In this document: one piece after another, positions 17,718-26,928 of the stretch | How positions within the stretch are numbered: the stretch's first letter is position 1 | Layout of the letters: the number at the start of each line of letters is the position of its first letter | Source: Bacillales bacterium UBA3946 | GTDB lineage: Bacteria > Bacillota_I > Bacilli_A > ML615J-28 > CAG-698 | DNA length: 59,679 nucleotides | NCBI GenBank assembly: GCA_002385575.1 | Contig: DGDS01000024.1 | Location: 14,315-73,993, forward strand | Direction: 5' to 3' | Translations under genes and position numbers: made by a program | Notes under the pieces: model-generated | Told to the model about the DNA's origin: nothing | What the model saw: only the letters and a program-made list of their open reading frames with translations | Database searches by the model: none

Positions 17718-17746
17718 TTGCATTTTCCGGCGGAACGTGATAAAAT
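17718..17746 (+). promoter_or_regulatory. Sigma-70/SigA-type promoter for the tRNA-Leu/tRNA-Arg cluster
   Basis: TTGCAT, 17-nt spacer, TAAAAT, ~16 nt upstream of tRNA-Leu. Confidence 0.65.
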
Positions 17747-17762
17747 ATTAAAGCGAATATTT

Positions 17763-17845
17763 GCGGGTATGGCGGAACTGGCAGACGCGCTAGACTTAGG
17801 ATCTAGTTCTTCGGAGTGCAGGTTCAATTCCTGTTACCCGCACCA
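17763..17845 (+). tRNA. tRNA-Leu (anticodon TAG), CCA encoded
   Basis: Acceptor GCGGGTA/TACCCGC, anticodon loop CTTAGGA, long variable arm, T-loop TTCAATT, 3' ACCA. Confidence 0.92.
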
Positions 17846-17914
17846 TTTTTTTGTATTCGTGCGATTTAAATTGATTTATCCGAGGATTTTTGATATAATA
17901 TATATAGTTGCCAC

Positions 17915-17991
<77 letters not shown>

Positions 17992-18096
17992 TTTTTATGT
18001 AAAAACGAAGCAAGAGTGCATACTTTTGCTTTTTTCTTTTTGGTTTTGTATTTATTATTAAGATATGTTATAATAATCGTGTTAAGAGGTGTATGG

Positions 18097-18480
18097 ATGA
18101 AAATAGCCTTGATTTCCCATAACAAAAAGAAGAAGGACATCATCGAGTTTGCGCGCCAATACCGCGCCTTCCTGGAACAGCACGACCTTTTCGCCACGGG
18201 GACGACCGGGCGGATGATCATGGAACAAACGGACCTGCCGATTCATGCTTTTAAATCTGGGCCGCTGGGCGGCGATCAAGAGATCGGCGCGAAGGTCGCC
18301 GGCGGGGAAATAGACATGGTGATTTTCTTTCGCGACCCCTTGACCGCACAGCCGCACGAGCCCGACATTAATGCCTTGTTACGTCTGTGTGATGTTTATG
18401 AAATACCCCTGGCAACAAACAAAAATACCGCCGCCTTATTGATAATTGGCAGTTGCACAAAAGGAGAAGGTTTATGTTGA
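18097..18480 (+). CDS. mgsA: Methylglyoxal synthase
   Basis: [45 protein letters not shown] is the canonical MgsA pattern. RBS AAGAGGTG. The upstream ORF extension overlaps tRNA-Arg and is rejected. Confidence 0.92.
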   Translation: MKIALISHNKKKKDIIEFARQYRAFLEQHDLFATGTTGRMIMEQTDLPIHAFKSGPLGGDQEIGAKVAGGEIDMVIFFRDPLTAQPHEPDINALLRLCDVYEIPLATNKNTAALLIIGSCTKGEGLC

Positions 18481-20018
18481 ACCAGATCGTCCAATTCATC
18501 ATTGAAAACAAGTTCACCCTGCTCATCCCGATTTTGTTCGCGACGGTGCTGCTCTTACTGGACACTTTTTCGAACAGGAACCGGCTCTCAATCGTCGGGC
18601 TGATTTTGTTTGCCCTGGCGCTAGCTGGCTTCATCGTCATCATCATCAAGGACATCAAGATCCTGAAGATCGATCTGGCGCTTTTCGTGGCCGCAGTCGC
18701 GCTGCTGTCCTTTTTCTATAACAGCGGCACATACGCCAAGGCCTCCTACCGGTACAACAAGATCGCAAGCCTGATCATCGCCTTGCCGTCGAACGTGGAA
18801 AGCCAGATCTACATGTATCTGGACACCAGGTCGCGGTTGTTGATTTATACGAGGCAGTTTTACGCGCTCTTTGCTGATTTTAACATGGACAAAAAGAACT
18901 GGCACAAATACCTTAGCCACGTAGTGATCAACAACATCGAATATAATTATAAGCAATTTTTGAAGTATTTATCCGCCACCGAAGAACAGAATTACAAGAT
19001 CGAGTTCGTCTTTAACAACGAGTACATCGTTCCGGTGCAGTTGAACAAGCAAAAAGTGACCGACAGCGGAAAACTCCTCGGTTACGTGATGATCAACCAG
19101 GTGCTCACGCTTTCGGAAATATACAAGGAAACCGTAAACAACGAATACCGGAAACGACAGCATATCTACCTCGACCTTTTGGGCGAGCCGATCATGTATT
19201 ACGATTTCGTCCGGAACCGTTACATCCTCAACTCGTTGATGTGCCGGCTGCTGGGGATCGAGGAAAACGAACTCCCCATCGCCGTCTTCGAACAGCTGAT
19301 GCATGAGGAAGATAAAAAGGCGCTTGCGGAGCGGCAGGTCCATTCCGACCGCGTCGAGCGCCGGGTTTACCGTCTGAGAACGATCAACGGATATGATTGG
19401 TTCGAGGAAAGCGCGGTCGAGTTTGAAAACCGCCAGTATGTCGTCCTCTACCGTACCGATTTCTCCACGGTCAAACTGGATTATTATAACTATGTCAATC
19501 TGATCGACGATTTGAAAGCCCGGGAAGATTTCAACTTCATCCTCATCATGATCGCCATCAGGGACATTCCGGAAATCACGGAAAAAGCGGGAAAGGACGG
19601 CTGTGAGATCGTCGTGTCCAAGTACTTCCGGAACCTTGCCTCCTATACCGGGGAAACGCGGAGAATATACAAGGTCGGACAGATCGAATATGCGTTGGTC
19701 ATGGATGACGGCGATATGTTCGACCTGATCGTCCGCGACCTCGAGAACGGGACTTCCGGATATCTCGGGGACGAGATCAATCTGAACGAAGCGCGGTACA
19801 TCCTGCGGAACGCCGTCGGCATCGTGAAATCGCAGACCGTGGTGGTCCAGACGGCCGAAAGCGTCGTGAAGGCGGGATTCGACGCGCTGAACCTGGCGTC
19901 TGATGAGAAATATATGAAACGTTACAGCGTCTACCAGGCGAAAAAGCCTGTCGAAGACCCGAGTCATTTCGACATCGACCTCAGCGACGATTTCCTCGAC
20001 AAGCTGCTTAAGGAATGA
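18474..20018 (+). CDS. Membrane protein with PAS-like region and catalytically degenerate GGDEF-like domain
   Basis: RBS AAGGAGAAGG before ATG 18474 (ATGTTGA overlap with the mgsA stop). There are 3-4 N-terminal TM helices. The C-terminal GGDEF-fold pattern has GQIEY in place of GG[DE]EF. Confidence 0.78.
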   Translation: MLNQIVQFIIENKFTLLIPILFATVLLLLDTFSNRNRLSIVGLILFALALAGFIVIIIKDIKILKIDLALFVAAVALLSFFYNSGTYAKASYRYNKIASLIIALPSNVESQIYMYLDTRSRLLIYTRQFYALFADFNMDKKNWHKYLSHVVINNIEYNYKQFLKYLSATEEQNYKIEFVFNNEYIVPVQLNKQKVTDSGKLLGYVMINQVLTLSEIYKETVNNEYRKRQHIYLDLLGEPIMYYDFVRNRYILNSLMCRLLGIEENELPIAVFEQLMHEEDKKALAERQVHSDRVERRVYRLRTINGYDWFEESAVEFENRQYVVLYRTDFSTVKLDYYNYVNLIDDLKAREDFNFILIMIAIRDIPEITEKAGKDGCEIVVSKYFRNLASYTGETRRIYKVGQIEYALVMDDGDMFDLIVRDLENGTSGYLGDEINLNEARYILRNAVGIVKSQTVVVQTAESVVKAGFDALNLASDEKYMKRYSVYQAKKPVEDPSHFDIDLSDDFLDKLLKE

Positions 20019-20701
20019 CCATGTTCGAAGTCATACTGGTGATGGCGGGATCCGGCCGCCGCGCCGGCCTGCCCTATAACAAGAACCTCCACATCATCAA
20101 GGACAAACCGCTGTTCCGCTACGCGCTGGAAACATTTTTATCACTTCCCCAGTGCCGGCGGGTGATAATCGTAGCGGCGGAGCGCGACATCCCCAAGGTT
20201 TCGGTTGCGTTGGATGACATTCCTGACGATAAAATAAAGATCATCGCCGGAGGCGCTACCCGCCGTGAAAGCGTCTATCGGGGGCTTCTCCTGACGGAAA
20301 GCGAAATCGTCCTAATCCACGATGCGGCGCGGCCGCTTGTGCGCGAGGAACACATCATCGCGGTGTACGAAGCGGCACGGGAAAGCGGGTTGTCCGCCCT
20401 TGCGGTCAAAGCCACCGACACGGTCTACCGCGTCCGCGGGAACGAAGTAGAACTTCTTGACCGGGATGAGTTGTGGCTGATGCAGACGCCGCAGGGAGTC
20501 AGAAGATCCGACCTGCTTTCGGCGTATGCAGCGGGGGCGGCGGATTGGACCGGTATAACCGACGACGTCGGTATCGTAATGAAAAAAACCGGCCTCAGGC
20601 CGATATTCATCGAAGGAACCCCCGGTAACATCAAGGTGACGTACGCGGAAGATTTGCGTTTCGTCGCCTACATGATCGAGCGAGGTCAATATGGAATATA
20701 G
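20015..20701 (+). CDS. ispD: 2-C-methyl-D-erythritol 4-phosphate cytidylyltransferase
   Basis: VMAGSGRRAG N-terminal motif, IHDAARP, MQTPQG. ATGA overlap with the upstream gene. Confidence 0.9.
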   Translation: MTMFEVILVMAGSGRRAGLPYNKNLHIIKDKPLFRYALETFLSLPQCRRVIIVAAERDIPKVSVALDDIPDDKIKIIAGGATRRESVYRGLLLTESEIVLIHDAARPLVREEHIIAVYEAARESGLSALAVKATDTVYRVRGNEVELLDRDELWLMQTPQGVRRSDLLSAYAAGAADWTGITDDVGIVMKKTGLRPIFIEGTPGNIKVTYAEDLRFVAYMIERGQYGI

Positions 20702-21191
20702 AATCGGGCATTCCCGGGACGTGCACCGTCTCGTTTCCGGCCGAAAACTCATCCTGGGCGGGATCGCGATCGATTACCCACTTGGTCTGGAAGGGCATTC
20801 CGACGCCGACTGCGTTTTGCACGCGGTCGCGGAAGCATTGATTGGCGCCCTCGGTCTGGGGGATCTGGGAACGCATTTTCCCGATACCGACCCACGTTAT
20901 AAGGACATGGCTTCCGATTATTTCGTCGCGAAGGCGCGGGAAATGCTTGAAGCGCGGGATTACGGCATCATCAATCTCGACCTTACCGTCTTCCTTGAAA
21001 AACCGCATCTTGCACCATATAAGGAGCGGATGCGTGCGCAAATCGCCGGCTTGCTGGGAATCGCGCCTGCCGCGGTCAATGTCAAAGCCACTCGCTACGA
21101 AGGCCTGGACGCCATCGGTAGGGGCGAAGCGATCGCCTGCGAGTGCGTGGCGCTGATAAAAAAAACGGCGCCGGTGAAAAAATATCTGTGA
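20691..21191 (+). CDS. ispF: 2-C-methyl-D-erythritol 2,4-cyclodiphosphate synthase
   Basis: IGHSRDVH..GHSDADCVLHA..DLG.HFPDTDP motifs. 11-nt overlap with ispD. Confidence 0.93.
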   Translation: MEYRIGHSRDVHRLVSGRKLILGGIAIDYPLGLEGHSDADCVLHAVAEALIGALGLGDLGTHFPDTDPRYKDMASDYFVAKAREMLEARDYGIINLDLTVFLEKPHLAPYKERMRAQIAGLLGIAPAAVNVKATRYEGLDAIGRGEAIACECVALIKKTAPVKKYL

Positions 21192-21217
21192 AAAAACGCG
21201 CGTAGCCGCGTTTTTTT
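21191..21217. terminator. Bidirectional terminator between convergent ispF and the CBS gene
   Basis: AAAAAACGCG-CGTAGC-CGCGTTTTTTT. Confidence 0.65.
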
Positions 21218-21686
21218 ATAGGGGATAATCCTCGACTTCCAGGTATTTCAACGGCTTTTCCCTTTGCGGGTTGGGGATCGATATCTCGTAGAGGATCTCG
21301 TTGACGAGTTTGTTCGTGGTCTTCACCATCGCGAAATCGCCGAGGCTGATTACGCCCGCCAGCTTGTTTTCCTCGTTGGTGACGACGATCCGGCGGACCT
21401 GGTACTCGCCCATCATTTCCAGTGCCTTGACGGCGCTCTCGTCGCGGCGGATGCTGACGCAATGGTTGGTCATGACCTTTTCCACCGGCTCGTCCGCACT
21501 TATTCCCTTGCATATCCCTCGGACGACGATATCCCGGTCCGTCACTACGCCGAGGATGTCGCGAGTGTCGTTGATGATGACCACCATGCCGATGTCGTAA
21601 TCGGTCATGAGCTTGGCGACTTGGGAGATCCGGTCGCTTTTTTTGGCGGTGACTACTTTTTTCGTCATGATTTCTTTTACTTTCAT
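21216..21686 (-). CDS. CBS domain pair protein
   Basis: MKVKEIMTKKVVT..., two CBS repeats (DIGMVVII, VRRIVVTNEENKLAGVISLGD). RBS GAGGTGA precedes ATG 21686. Confidence 0.85.
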   Translation of the reverse strand: MKVKEIMTKKVVTAKKSDRISQVAKLMTDYDIGMVVIINDTRDILGVVTDRDIVVRGICKGISADEPVEKVMTNHCVSIRRDESAVKALEMMGEYQVRRIVVTNEENKLAGVISLGDFAMVKTTNKLVNEILYEISIPNPQREKPLKYLEVEDYPL

Positions 21687-21775
21687 AGTCTCACCTCGAG
21701 GGTTATTATAATAAAAAAGTAAAAAAATATACATTATTCCTGTTTTTACAACTATATATTAAAGAGGAGATGCAG

Positions 21776-22435
21776 ATGAAGTTGCGCAAGTTCCGGATCC
21801 TGTTTAAGACCGCGGTTTTTGTCGGGTTGTTCGTCTTTATCGTGAGTTTTGTTAGCGGGTATTTTTCCGAACGGGTGAAGATGTACGTCGCGCAGAAGGC
21901 GCAACTGGTGGCGTCGGACCTGATGTCGGAAACGATCAAGACCGACGTGCTACCCTACATCAATCTCGATAACCTTATCAAGTTCGTCACCGATGACGAA
22001 AACAAGGTGAAGAGCATTTTCGTCAACACCTATCAGGTCAATCAGATCGCCGCGCAGGTATCGGGAAGGCTGGCTGCGTTGCTTCGGAGTTTCGAAGGCA
22101 GTGAATTGAAGAGTTTAGAGTTACCGCTGGGGATAATTCTTTCCGACACCTTGTTCGGGTCGCGGGGTCCGGCCATCGCCATCCGGATCTTCCCGGTGGG
22201 AAGCGTGGTCGTGGACGTTGTGAGCACGTGCGAAAACCACGGGATCAACAATACGCTCCTGACGGTCGCCGTGACCGCCCGGGTTGTGTTTACGGCGATA
22301 ATTCCCCTCCAGAAAAACGAGGTGGAGGTCGATGTGTGGATCCCGCTCGTCGTTCACATCGTCCAGGGAGAAGTCCCCCGTTATTATTACGCAAACAAAG
22401 ATAGCGAATTCATCCCACACCCGATTATCGAATAG
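21776..22435 (+). CDS. yunB: Sporulation protein YunB-like
   Basis: An N-terminal TM segment, then the YunB-family pattern (LPLGIILSDTLFGSRGPAIAIRIFPVGSV, GINNTL, IPLVVHIVQGEVPRYYY). AGAGGAG lies 6 nt before ATG 21776. ATG 21770 is also possible. Confidence 0.72.
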   Translation: MKLRKFRILFKTAVFVGLFVFIVSFVSGYFSERVKMYVAQKAQLVASDLMSETIKTDVLPYINLDNLIKFVTDDENKVKSIFVNTYQVNQIAAQVSGRLAALLRSFEGSELKSLELPLGIILSDTLFGSRGPAIAIRIFPVGSVVVDVVSTCENHGINNTLLTVAVTARVVFTAIIPLQKNEVEVDVWIPLVVHIVQGEVPRYYYANKDSEFIPHPIIE

Positions 22436-22501
22436 CATTTTCCTTTTAAAAAAGGGGTTTTTGTAGTATAATAATAACAAATCAGAAGAAAGGTGAACGA
22501 T

Positions 22502-22756
22502 ATGACGGAAAACACGACCCCCAATATGAACGAAACGGAAATAAAGGTGAAAACCTTGATCAATAAAATCCGTCCGTACCTGCAACGGGACGGCGGCGAT
22601 GTCGAGTATGTCCGGATGGACGAAGGCATCGTTTACGTCCGGCTGCACGGCGCCTGCGTCGGCTGCACGAGCGCCGACCTCACCCTGAAGGACGGGATCG
22701 AAGCGATTCTGCTGGAGGAAGTTCCCGGGGTCATCGGCGTGGAAAAAGTCGATTGA
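22502..22756 (+). CDS. NifU-like (Nfu/YutI-type) Fe-S cluster scaffold domain protein
   Basis: [15 protein letters not shown]...[15 protein letters not shown] motif with the CxxC pair. RBS AAGGTGA. Confidence 0.85.
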   Translation: MTENTTPNMNETEIKVKTLINKIRPYLQRDGGDVEYVRMDEGIVYVRLHGACVGCTSADLTLKDGIEAILLEEVPGVIGVEKVD

Positions 22757-22765
22757 CGCCTGAAC

Positions 22766-22796
22766 AAAAACTTGATTCTCTGGGTCAAGTTTTTTC
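22766..22796 (+). terminator. Intrinsic terminator after the NifU-like gene
   Basis: ACTTGA-loop-TCAAGT followed by TTTTTT. Confidence 0.6.
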
Positions 22797-22899
22797 TATT
22801 TATGGGGGTATCCGCCGCCCCGTAAATGGCGATTTGACTTAACAAGCGCCGTCGTTTATGTTATAATTTAATTAAGAAACTGATATAACGAGGTGGATT

Positions 22900-23256
22900 A
22901 TGATTAAAAAAGGAGAAATCGTTTATGGTCGTATCACCAACATCCTGGGATACGGGGCGTTCGTGAAAGTGGGCGAGTACGACGGTCTGATCCACATATC
23001 GGAGTTTTCCGATAATTACGTGCGCCAGATAAAGGATTACGTCATTATCGGCCAGCATGTGAAACTGAAGGTCCTTGACGTTGACGAGGAAAACAAAAAA
23101 CTCAAACTCAGCTATAGACTCATCCACCGCCGCCGCGGTGTGAAAAGCAAGGTTCCGAAATTCATCATCGGTTTTAAATCGCTGGAGAAACAAATCCCGG
23201 TTTTCATCGACGAGCAATTGAAAAAGCTGAAATTATTGGAATCGAAAAACAAGTAA
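22900..23256 (+). CDS. S1 RNA-binding domain protein (YabR/general stress protein 13-like)
   Basis: GEIVYGRITNILGYGAFVKVGEYDGLIHISE...VKLKVLDVDEE.KKLKLS is an S1 fold signature. RBS GAGGTGGA. Confidence 0.85.
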   Translation: MIKKGEIVYGRITNILGYGAFVKVGEYDGLIHISEFSDNYVRQIKDYVIIGQHVKLKVLDVDEENKKLKLSYRLIHRRRGVKSKVPKFIIGFKSLEKQIPVFIDEQLKKLKLLESKNK

Positions 23257-23269
23257 ATCGGAGCATCCC

Positions 23270-24586
23270 ATGATAACTTTTGACTATCGCCATATCCTTC
23301 CGTTCGTAAGCGCGGAAGAGATCCAGAATCACGCCGCGCCCGCAAGCGTTGCGGCGCGGAAACTTATCGAAAAGACGGGGGCCGGGAACGCCTTTTTAGG
23401 CTGGCTTGATTATCCCCGCACGCTCAAGGAAAACGAGATCGACGAGATCATCGAGGTCGGGGAAGAAATCAACCGCGACGCCAGCGTCCTGATCGTCATC
23501 GGCATCGGCGGTTCGTATCTCGGGGCCCAGGCGGTAATGGACATGCTGGGCGAATATTTCCCCGCGCGCCGGCGTCTGGAAATAATATTTGCGGGCAACA
23601 CCCTGTCCGGCGCCTATACGGAAAAGCTGCTTAAGTATCTTGAAGACAAGGATTTTTGCGTTAACGTGATATCGAAATCGGGAACGACGACGGAACCGGC
23701 GATCGCCTTTCGGCTTTTTCGGCGCCTGCTGCGGGAAAAATACGGCAGCGATTATTATAAGCGCGTCTATTGCACGACCACCCTCGGCAAGGGTGCCCTG
23801 TACGAAATGGCGCGAAAAAACGGGTATCGCCTGTTTTCCATTCCCGAGGACATCGGCGGCCGGTATTCCGTATTCACGCCGGTGGGATTGCTTCCGCTCG
23901 CCGCGGCCGGCATTGACATCAAGGCGTTGATCGCCGGAGCCCGGGCGGCGGCCGAACGCTATCAGTCTGCGCCCTATCCCGATAACGAGGCCATGCTATA
24001 CGCCGCGATCAGGAACCTGCTCTATCAGAAAGGGAAACTGATCGAACTGCTCGTCCTTTACGAACCGAAAATACGGATCTTCGGCGAGTGGTACAAGCAG
24101 CTTTTCGGCGAGTCCGAAGGCAAGGATCATAAAGGAATATTTCCTGCTTCCGCCCTGTACACAACCGACCTGCACTCCCTCGGTCAGTATGTGCAGGATG
24201 GAAAACGCCACCTTTTCGAAACCGTCGTCGACATCATGGAACCGGAAAGCGACGTTGCGATTCCGGTCGACGATGACGACGCCGATGGACTTAATTATCT
24301 CGCCGGCAAGACCCTCAATGAGGTCAACCGGAAAGCGATGCGGGGAACGGCGCTTGCGCACGTGGCGGGGGAAGTTCCCAACATGCTGGTGCGCATCGAT
24401 CGCATGGATCCCTACCATATCGGCGTCCTGCTGTATTTCTTCATGTTCGCCTGCGGCGTAAGCGGCTACCTTCTGGGCATCAACCCGTTTGATCAGGAAG
24501 GCGTCGAATCATATAAGCGGAACATGTTCGCGCTGCTTGGTCGGAAAGGCTACGAGGAGTTAAGAAAGAAACTGGAGGAACTATGA
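23270..24586 (+). CDS. pgi: Glucose-6-phosphate isomerase (short Firmicute type)
   Basis: LGWLDYP, GIGGSYLGA, ISKSGTT(T)EP, GGRYSV and GESEGK motifs. Confidence 0.93.
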   Translation: MITFDYRHILPFVSAEEIQNHAAPASVAARKLIEKTGAGNAFLGWLDYPRTLKENEIDEIIEVGEEINRDASVLIVIGIGGSYLGAQAVMDMLGEYFPARRRLEIIFAGNTLSGAYTEKLLKYLEDKDFCVNVISKSGTTTEPAIAFRLFRRLLREKYGSDYYKRVYCTTTLGKGALYEMARKNGYRLFSIPEDIGGRYSVFTPVGLLPLAAAGIDIKALIAGARAAAERYQSAPYPDNEAMLYAAIRNLLYQKGKLIELLVLYEPKIRIFGEWYKQLFGESEGKDHKGIFPASALYTTDLHSLGQYVQDGKRHLFETVVDIMEPESDVAIPVDDDDADGLNYLAGKTLNEVNRKAMRGTALAHVAGEVPNMLVRIDRMDPYHIGVLLYFFMFACGVSGYLLGINPFDQEGVESYKRNMFALLGRKGYEELRKKLEEL

Positions 24587-25137
24587 GGAAAATAGCGTTT
24601 CTCGCGCTGATTATGGCGCTGGCGGTATTTTCCGCCTGCCGGAAGCATCCTCCCCGTTTCGAGGACGATTACCCGATGATGCGCGGCGTCGAGCATGTGT
24701 ACGTGAAAGCGGGTTATGAAGAAGTGATCGAAGCCCTGACGACCGCCCCGGGCGGTCACGTCATCTTTTTCGCCTTCGACACCCGTCAGTACGAATGCCC
24801 GTACTGCCTTGCCTGCGTTCCACTTTTGAACGAGGTCGCGCGCGAGCTCGGGATTGAGAAGATCCTGTATTTTGACGTTTACGCGATGCGTAAGGAGCGA
24901 ACGGCCGAGTACGTCTTATTGCTTGGTTATCTGGACGGGCAGGTCGGCGATCTGCTGGAAAGAAACGGCCGTAAGGAAATCGTCGTCCCTGATGTCTACG
25001 TCGTCAAGGACGGGGAAATACTCGGTCACCATATCGCCACGATCAAGGACGATGATGACCGTTTTGTTTACGATTTGAACGCCGAACAGAAAGAAGCGGT
25101 CAAGGAAATCTACCGCGATTTGCTCGGACGCCTATAG
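24583..25137 (+). CDS. Thioredoxin-fold lipoprotein with CPYC motif
   Basis: Lipobox LAVFSAC after a basic/hydrophobic signal. FFAFDTRQYECPYCLACVPLL resembles a Trx/Grx-like active site. ATGA overlap with pgi. Confidence 0.7.
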   Translation: MRKIAFLALIMALAVFSACRKHPPRFEDDYPMMRGVEHVYVKAGYEEVIEALTTAPGGHVIFFAFDTRQYECPYCLACVPLLNEVARELGIEKILYFDVYAMRKERTAEYVLLLGYLDGQVGDLLERNGRKEIVVPDVYVVKDGEILGHHIATIKDDDDRFVYDLNAEQKEAVKEIYRDLLGRL

Positions 25138-25200
25138 ATTATTTCCGCTGCCCCGTCATATTTTTTCCTTTCCGGTAATAAGTTGGAAATAGGTGAAAAA

Positions 25201-25890
25201 ATGAAACGGACGGCAACGACCATTATAAATCTGGTTTTCCTGCTTGTTTTATGCTTAACATCGGCCGGGACGATAATCGCAAGCAAAAGATTAGCGGCTC
25301 CGGCTTTGATTTACCTTGATCCCGGCCATGGCGGGGCGGACGGCGGGGCCGTCGGCGCCGACGGAACGGCAGAGAAGGACATCGTCCTGAACGTGTGTTG
25401 GAGTTTGCGGGCATATCTGGAGAACGCCGGCTTCCGGGTCAAGATGACCCGCACGGGCGATTATGACCTCGCCCCCGCCAATTCCCATAATCGTAAGCGC
25501 GACGACATCCACCGACGGTGCGATCTGATCGACGCTTCCGATTGCCTTTTCTACCTTTCGATCCATGCGAACAAATTCTTCGCCCCAAGCGTCCGCGGCG
25601 CCCAGGTTTTCTATAACAAAAACCGGTCGGAGGCAAAGGAACTGGCGGAGGCAATCCAGGAAGCGCTCGGCGCGATCCTTAAAAACACGCGCCGGTTTGC
25701 CAAGCCGATCGGCGGGAAATACTTGATCGATAACGTTAAGAAAACGGGTTGCCTGGTCGAGATCGGATTTTTATCAAACCCGGAGGAAATAGGCCTGCTC
25801 AAGGACGCCGCCTATCAGGAACGGATGGCGTACGCCATTTTTACCGGAATCATGACGTATTTTGAAAACCGCGCGCCGATACGCGCGTAA
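25201..25890 (+). CDS. cwlD: N-acetylmuramoyl-L-alanine amidase, CwlD-like (Amidase_3)
   Basis: An N-terminal TM segment, then LDPGHGGADGGAVG..EKDI..MTRTGDYDLA..RKRDDI..R..SIHAN...GAQVFY..EIGFLSNPEE, the CwlD-type pattern. RBS AGGTGA before ATG 25201. Confidence 0.82.
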   Translation: MKRTATTIINLVFLLVLCLTSAGTIIASKRLAAPALIYLDPGHGGADGGAVGADGTAEKDIVLNVCWSLRAYLENAGFRVKMTRTGDYDLAPANSHNRKRDDIHRRCDLIDASDCLFYLSIHANKFFAPSVRGAQVFYNKNRSEAKELAEAIQEALGAILKNTRRFAKPIGGKYLIDNVKKTGCLVEIGFLSNPEEIGLLKDAAYQERMAYAIFTGIMTYFENRAPIRA

Positions 25891-25903
25891 TCAAGGTGAA
25901 ACC

Positions 25904-26356
25904 GTGACAAAAACAATAAACATTGAGTCGGAACAAACGATGATTGCCTTGGGCGAAAAAATCGGACAAGCGGCCTTCCCGGACATGCTCATCGCCATGA
26001 GCGGCGATCTCGGCGCCGGGAAAACGACCCTGGTCAAGGGCATCGGCGCCGGCCTGGGAATCCGGGACGTCATCAACAGTCCGACGTTCACCATATTGAA
26101 AATCTATCAGGGCCGCCTCTCCCTCTATCATTTTGATGTTTACCGCCTGGACGAAACCAGCGGCGACGAGGATCTCGAGGAGTTTTTTTACGCCGGGGGC
26201 GTGGCGGTAATCGAATGGGCCGAAAACATCGCATACCTGCTTCCCGAGGATTACCTTGAAATCGCGATCACGATCACCGGACCGACTTCACGGCAGGTGG
26301 CGTTTACGGCCCGATCGCCGCTTTACGAGCAGTTCGTGGAAAGAGTGTTATCATGA
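25904..26356 (+). CDS. tsaE: tRNA t6A37 biosynthesis ATPase TsaE
   Basis: GDLGAGKTTLVKG, SPTFT and HFDVYRL motifs. GTG 25904 has AAGGTGA upstream and avoids overlap with the amidase gene. Confidence 0.86.
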   Translation: MTKTINIESEQTMIALGEKIGQAAFPDMLIAMSGDLGAGKTTLVKGIGAGLGIRDVINSPTFTILKIYQGRLSLYHFDVYRLDETSGDEDLEEFFYAGGVAVIEWAENIAYLLPEDYLEIAITITGPTSRQVAFTARSPLYEQFVERVLS

Positions 26357-26928
26357 AAGCATTAGTGATCGATACCGCATCATCTTATCTTTATCTTGCC
26401 TTTTTATCGGAAGACAGGGTCATCCACGAGGAATTCTTTCCCGGCAAAGGCCGACATTCGGAAAACTTCCTCCAGCTGTTGCGCGCGGGGCTAAGGAAAC
26501 ATGGACTGAAAATCAACGATTTTGACCGTATTTATCTTGGCATCGGTCCCGGTTCCTACACCGGGCTGCGCGTCGGCGTCACCGTTGCGAAGACGCTCGG
26601 TTGGACTTTGGACATTCCCGTCCATACCGCGAGCAGTTTGGATTTGCTTGCGAGCGGCCACTTTCACAAAGACGGCGTCTACGCCGTAAGCATCATTGCG
26701 AAAAAGGATTATTACTTTGGGAAAGTCGTGGAAGTCCGGGATGGTAAGGTTACGACCCTGGTCGACGATTTCTGCGTCGATGTCCGCGAGTTTTCCGAGA
26801 TCATAAGCAAATACGATTGCATTCGCATCACCGAGGATAATTACGCCGCCGACCCGACCATGGTTGTCTTTACCCCGGTTGAGAATCTGCACGATCTGAG
26901 TCCCAATTATCTGCGGAGGGTCGTATGA
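26353..26928 (+). CDS. tsaB: tRNA t6A37 biosynthesis protein TsaB
   Basis: VIDTAS..., GIGPGSYTGLRVG motif. ATGA overlap with tsaE. Confidence 0.88.
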   Translation: MKALVIDTASSYLYLAFLSEDRVIHEEFFPGKGRHSENFLQLLRAGLRKHGLKINDFDRIYLGIGPGSYTGLRVGVTVAKTLGWTLDIPVHTASSLDLLASGHFHKDGVYAVSIIAKKDYYFGKVVEVRDGKVTTLVDDFCVDVREFSEIISKYDCIRITEDNYAADPTMVVFTPVENLHDLSPNYLRRVV

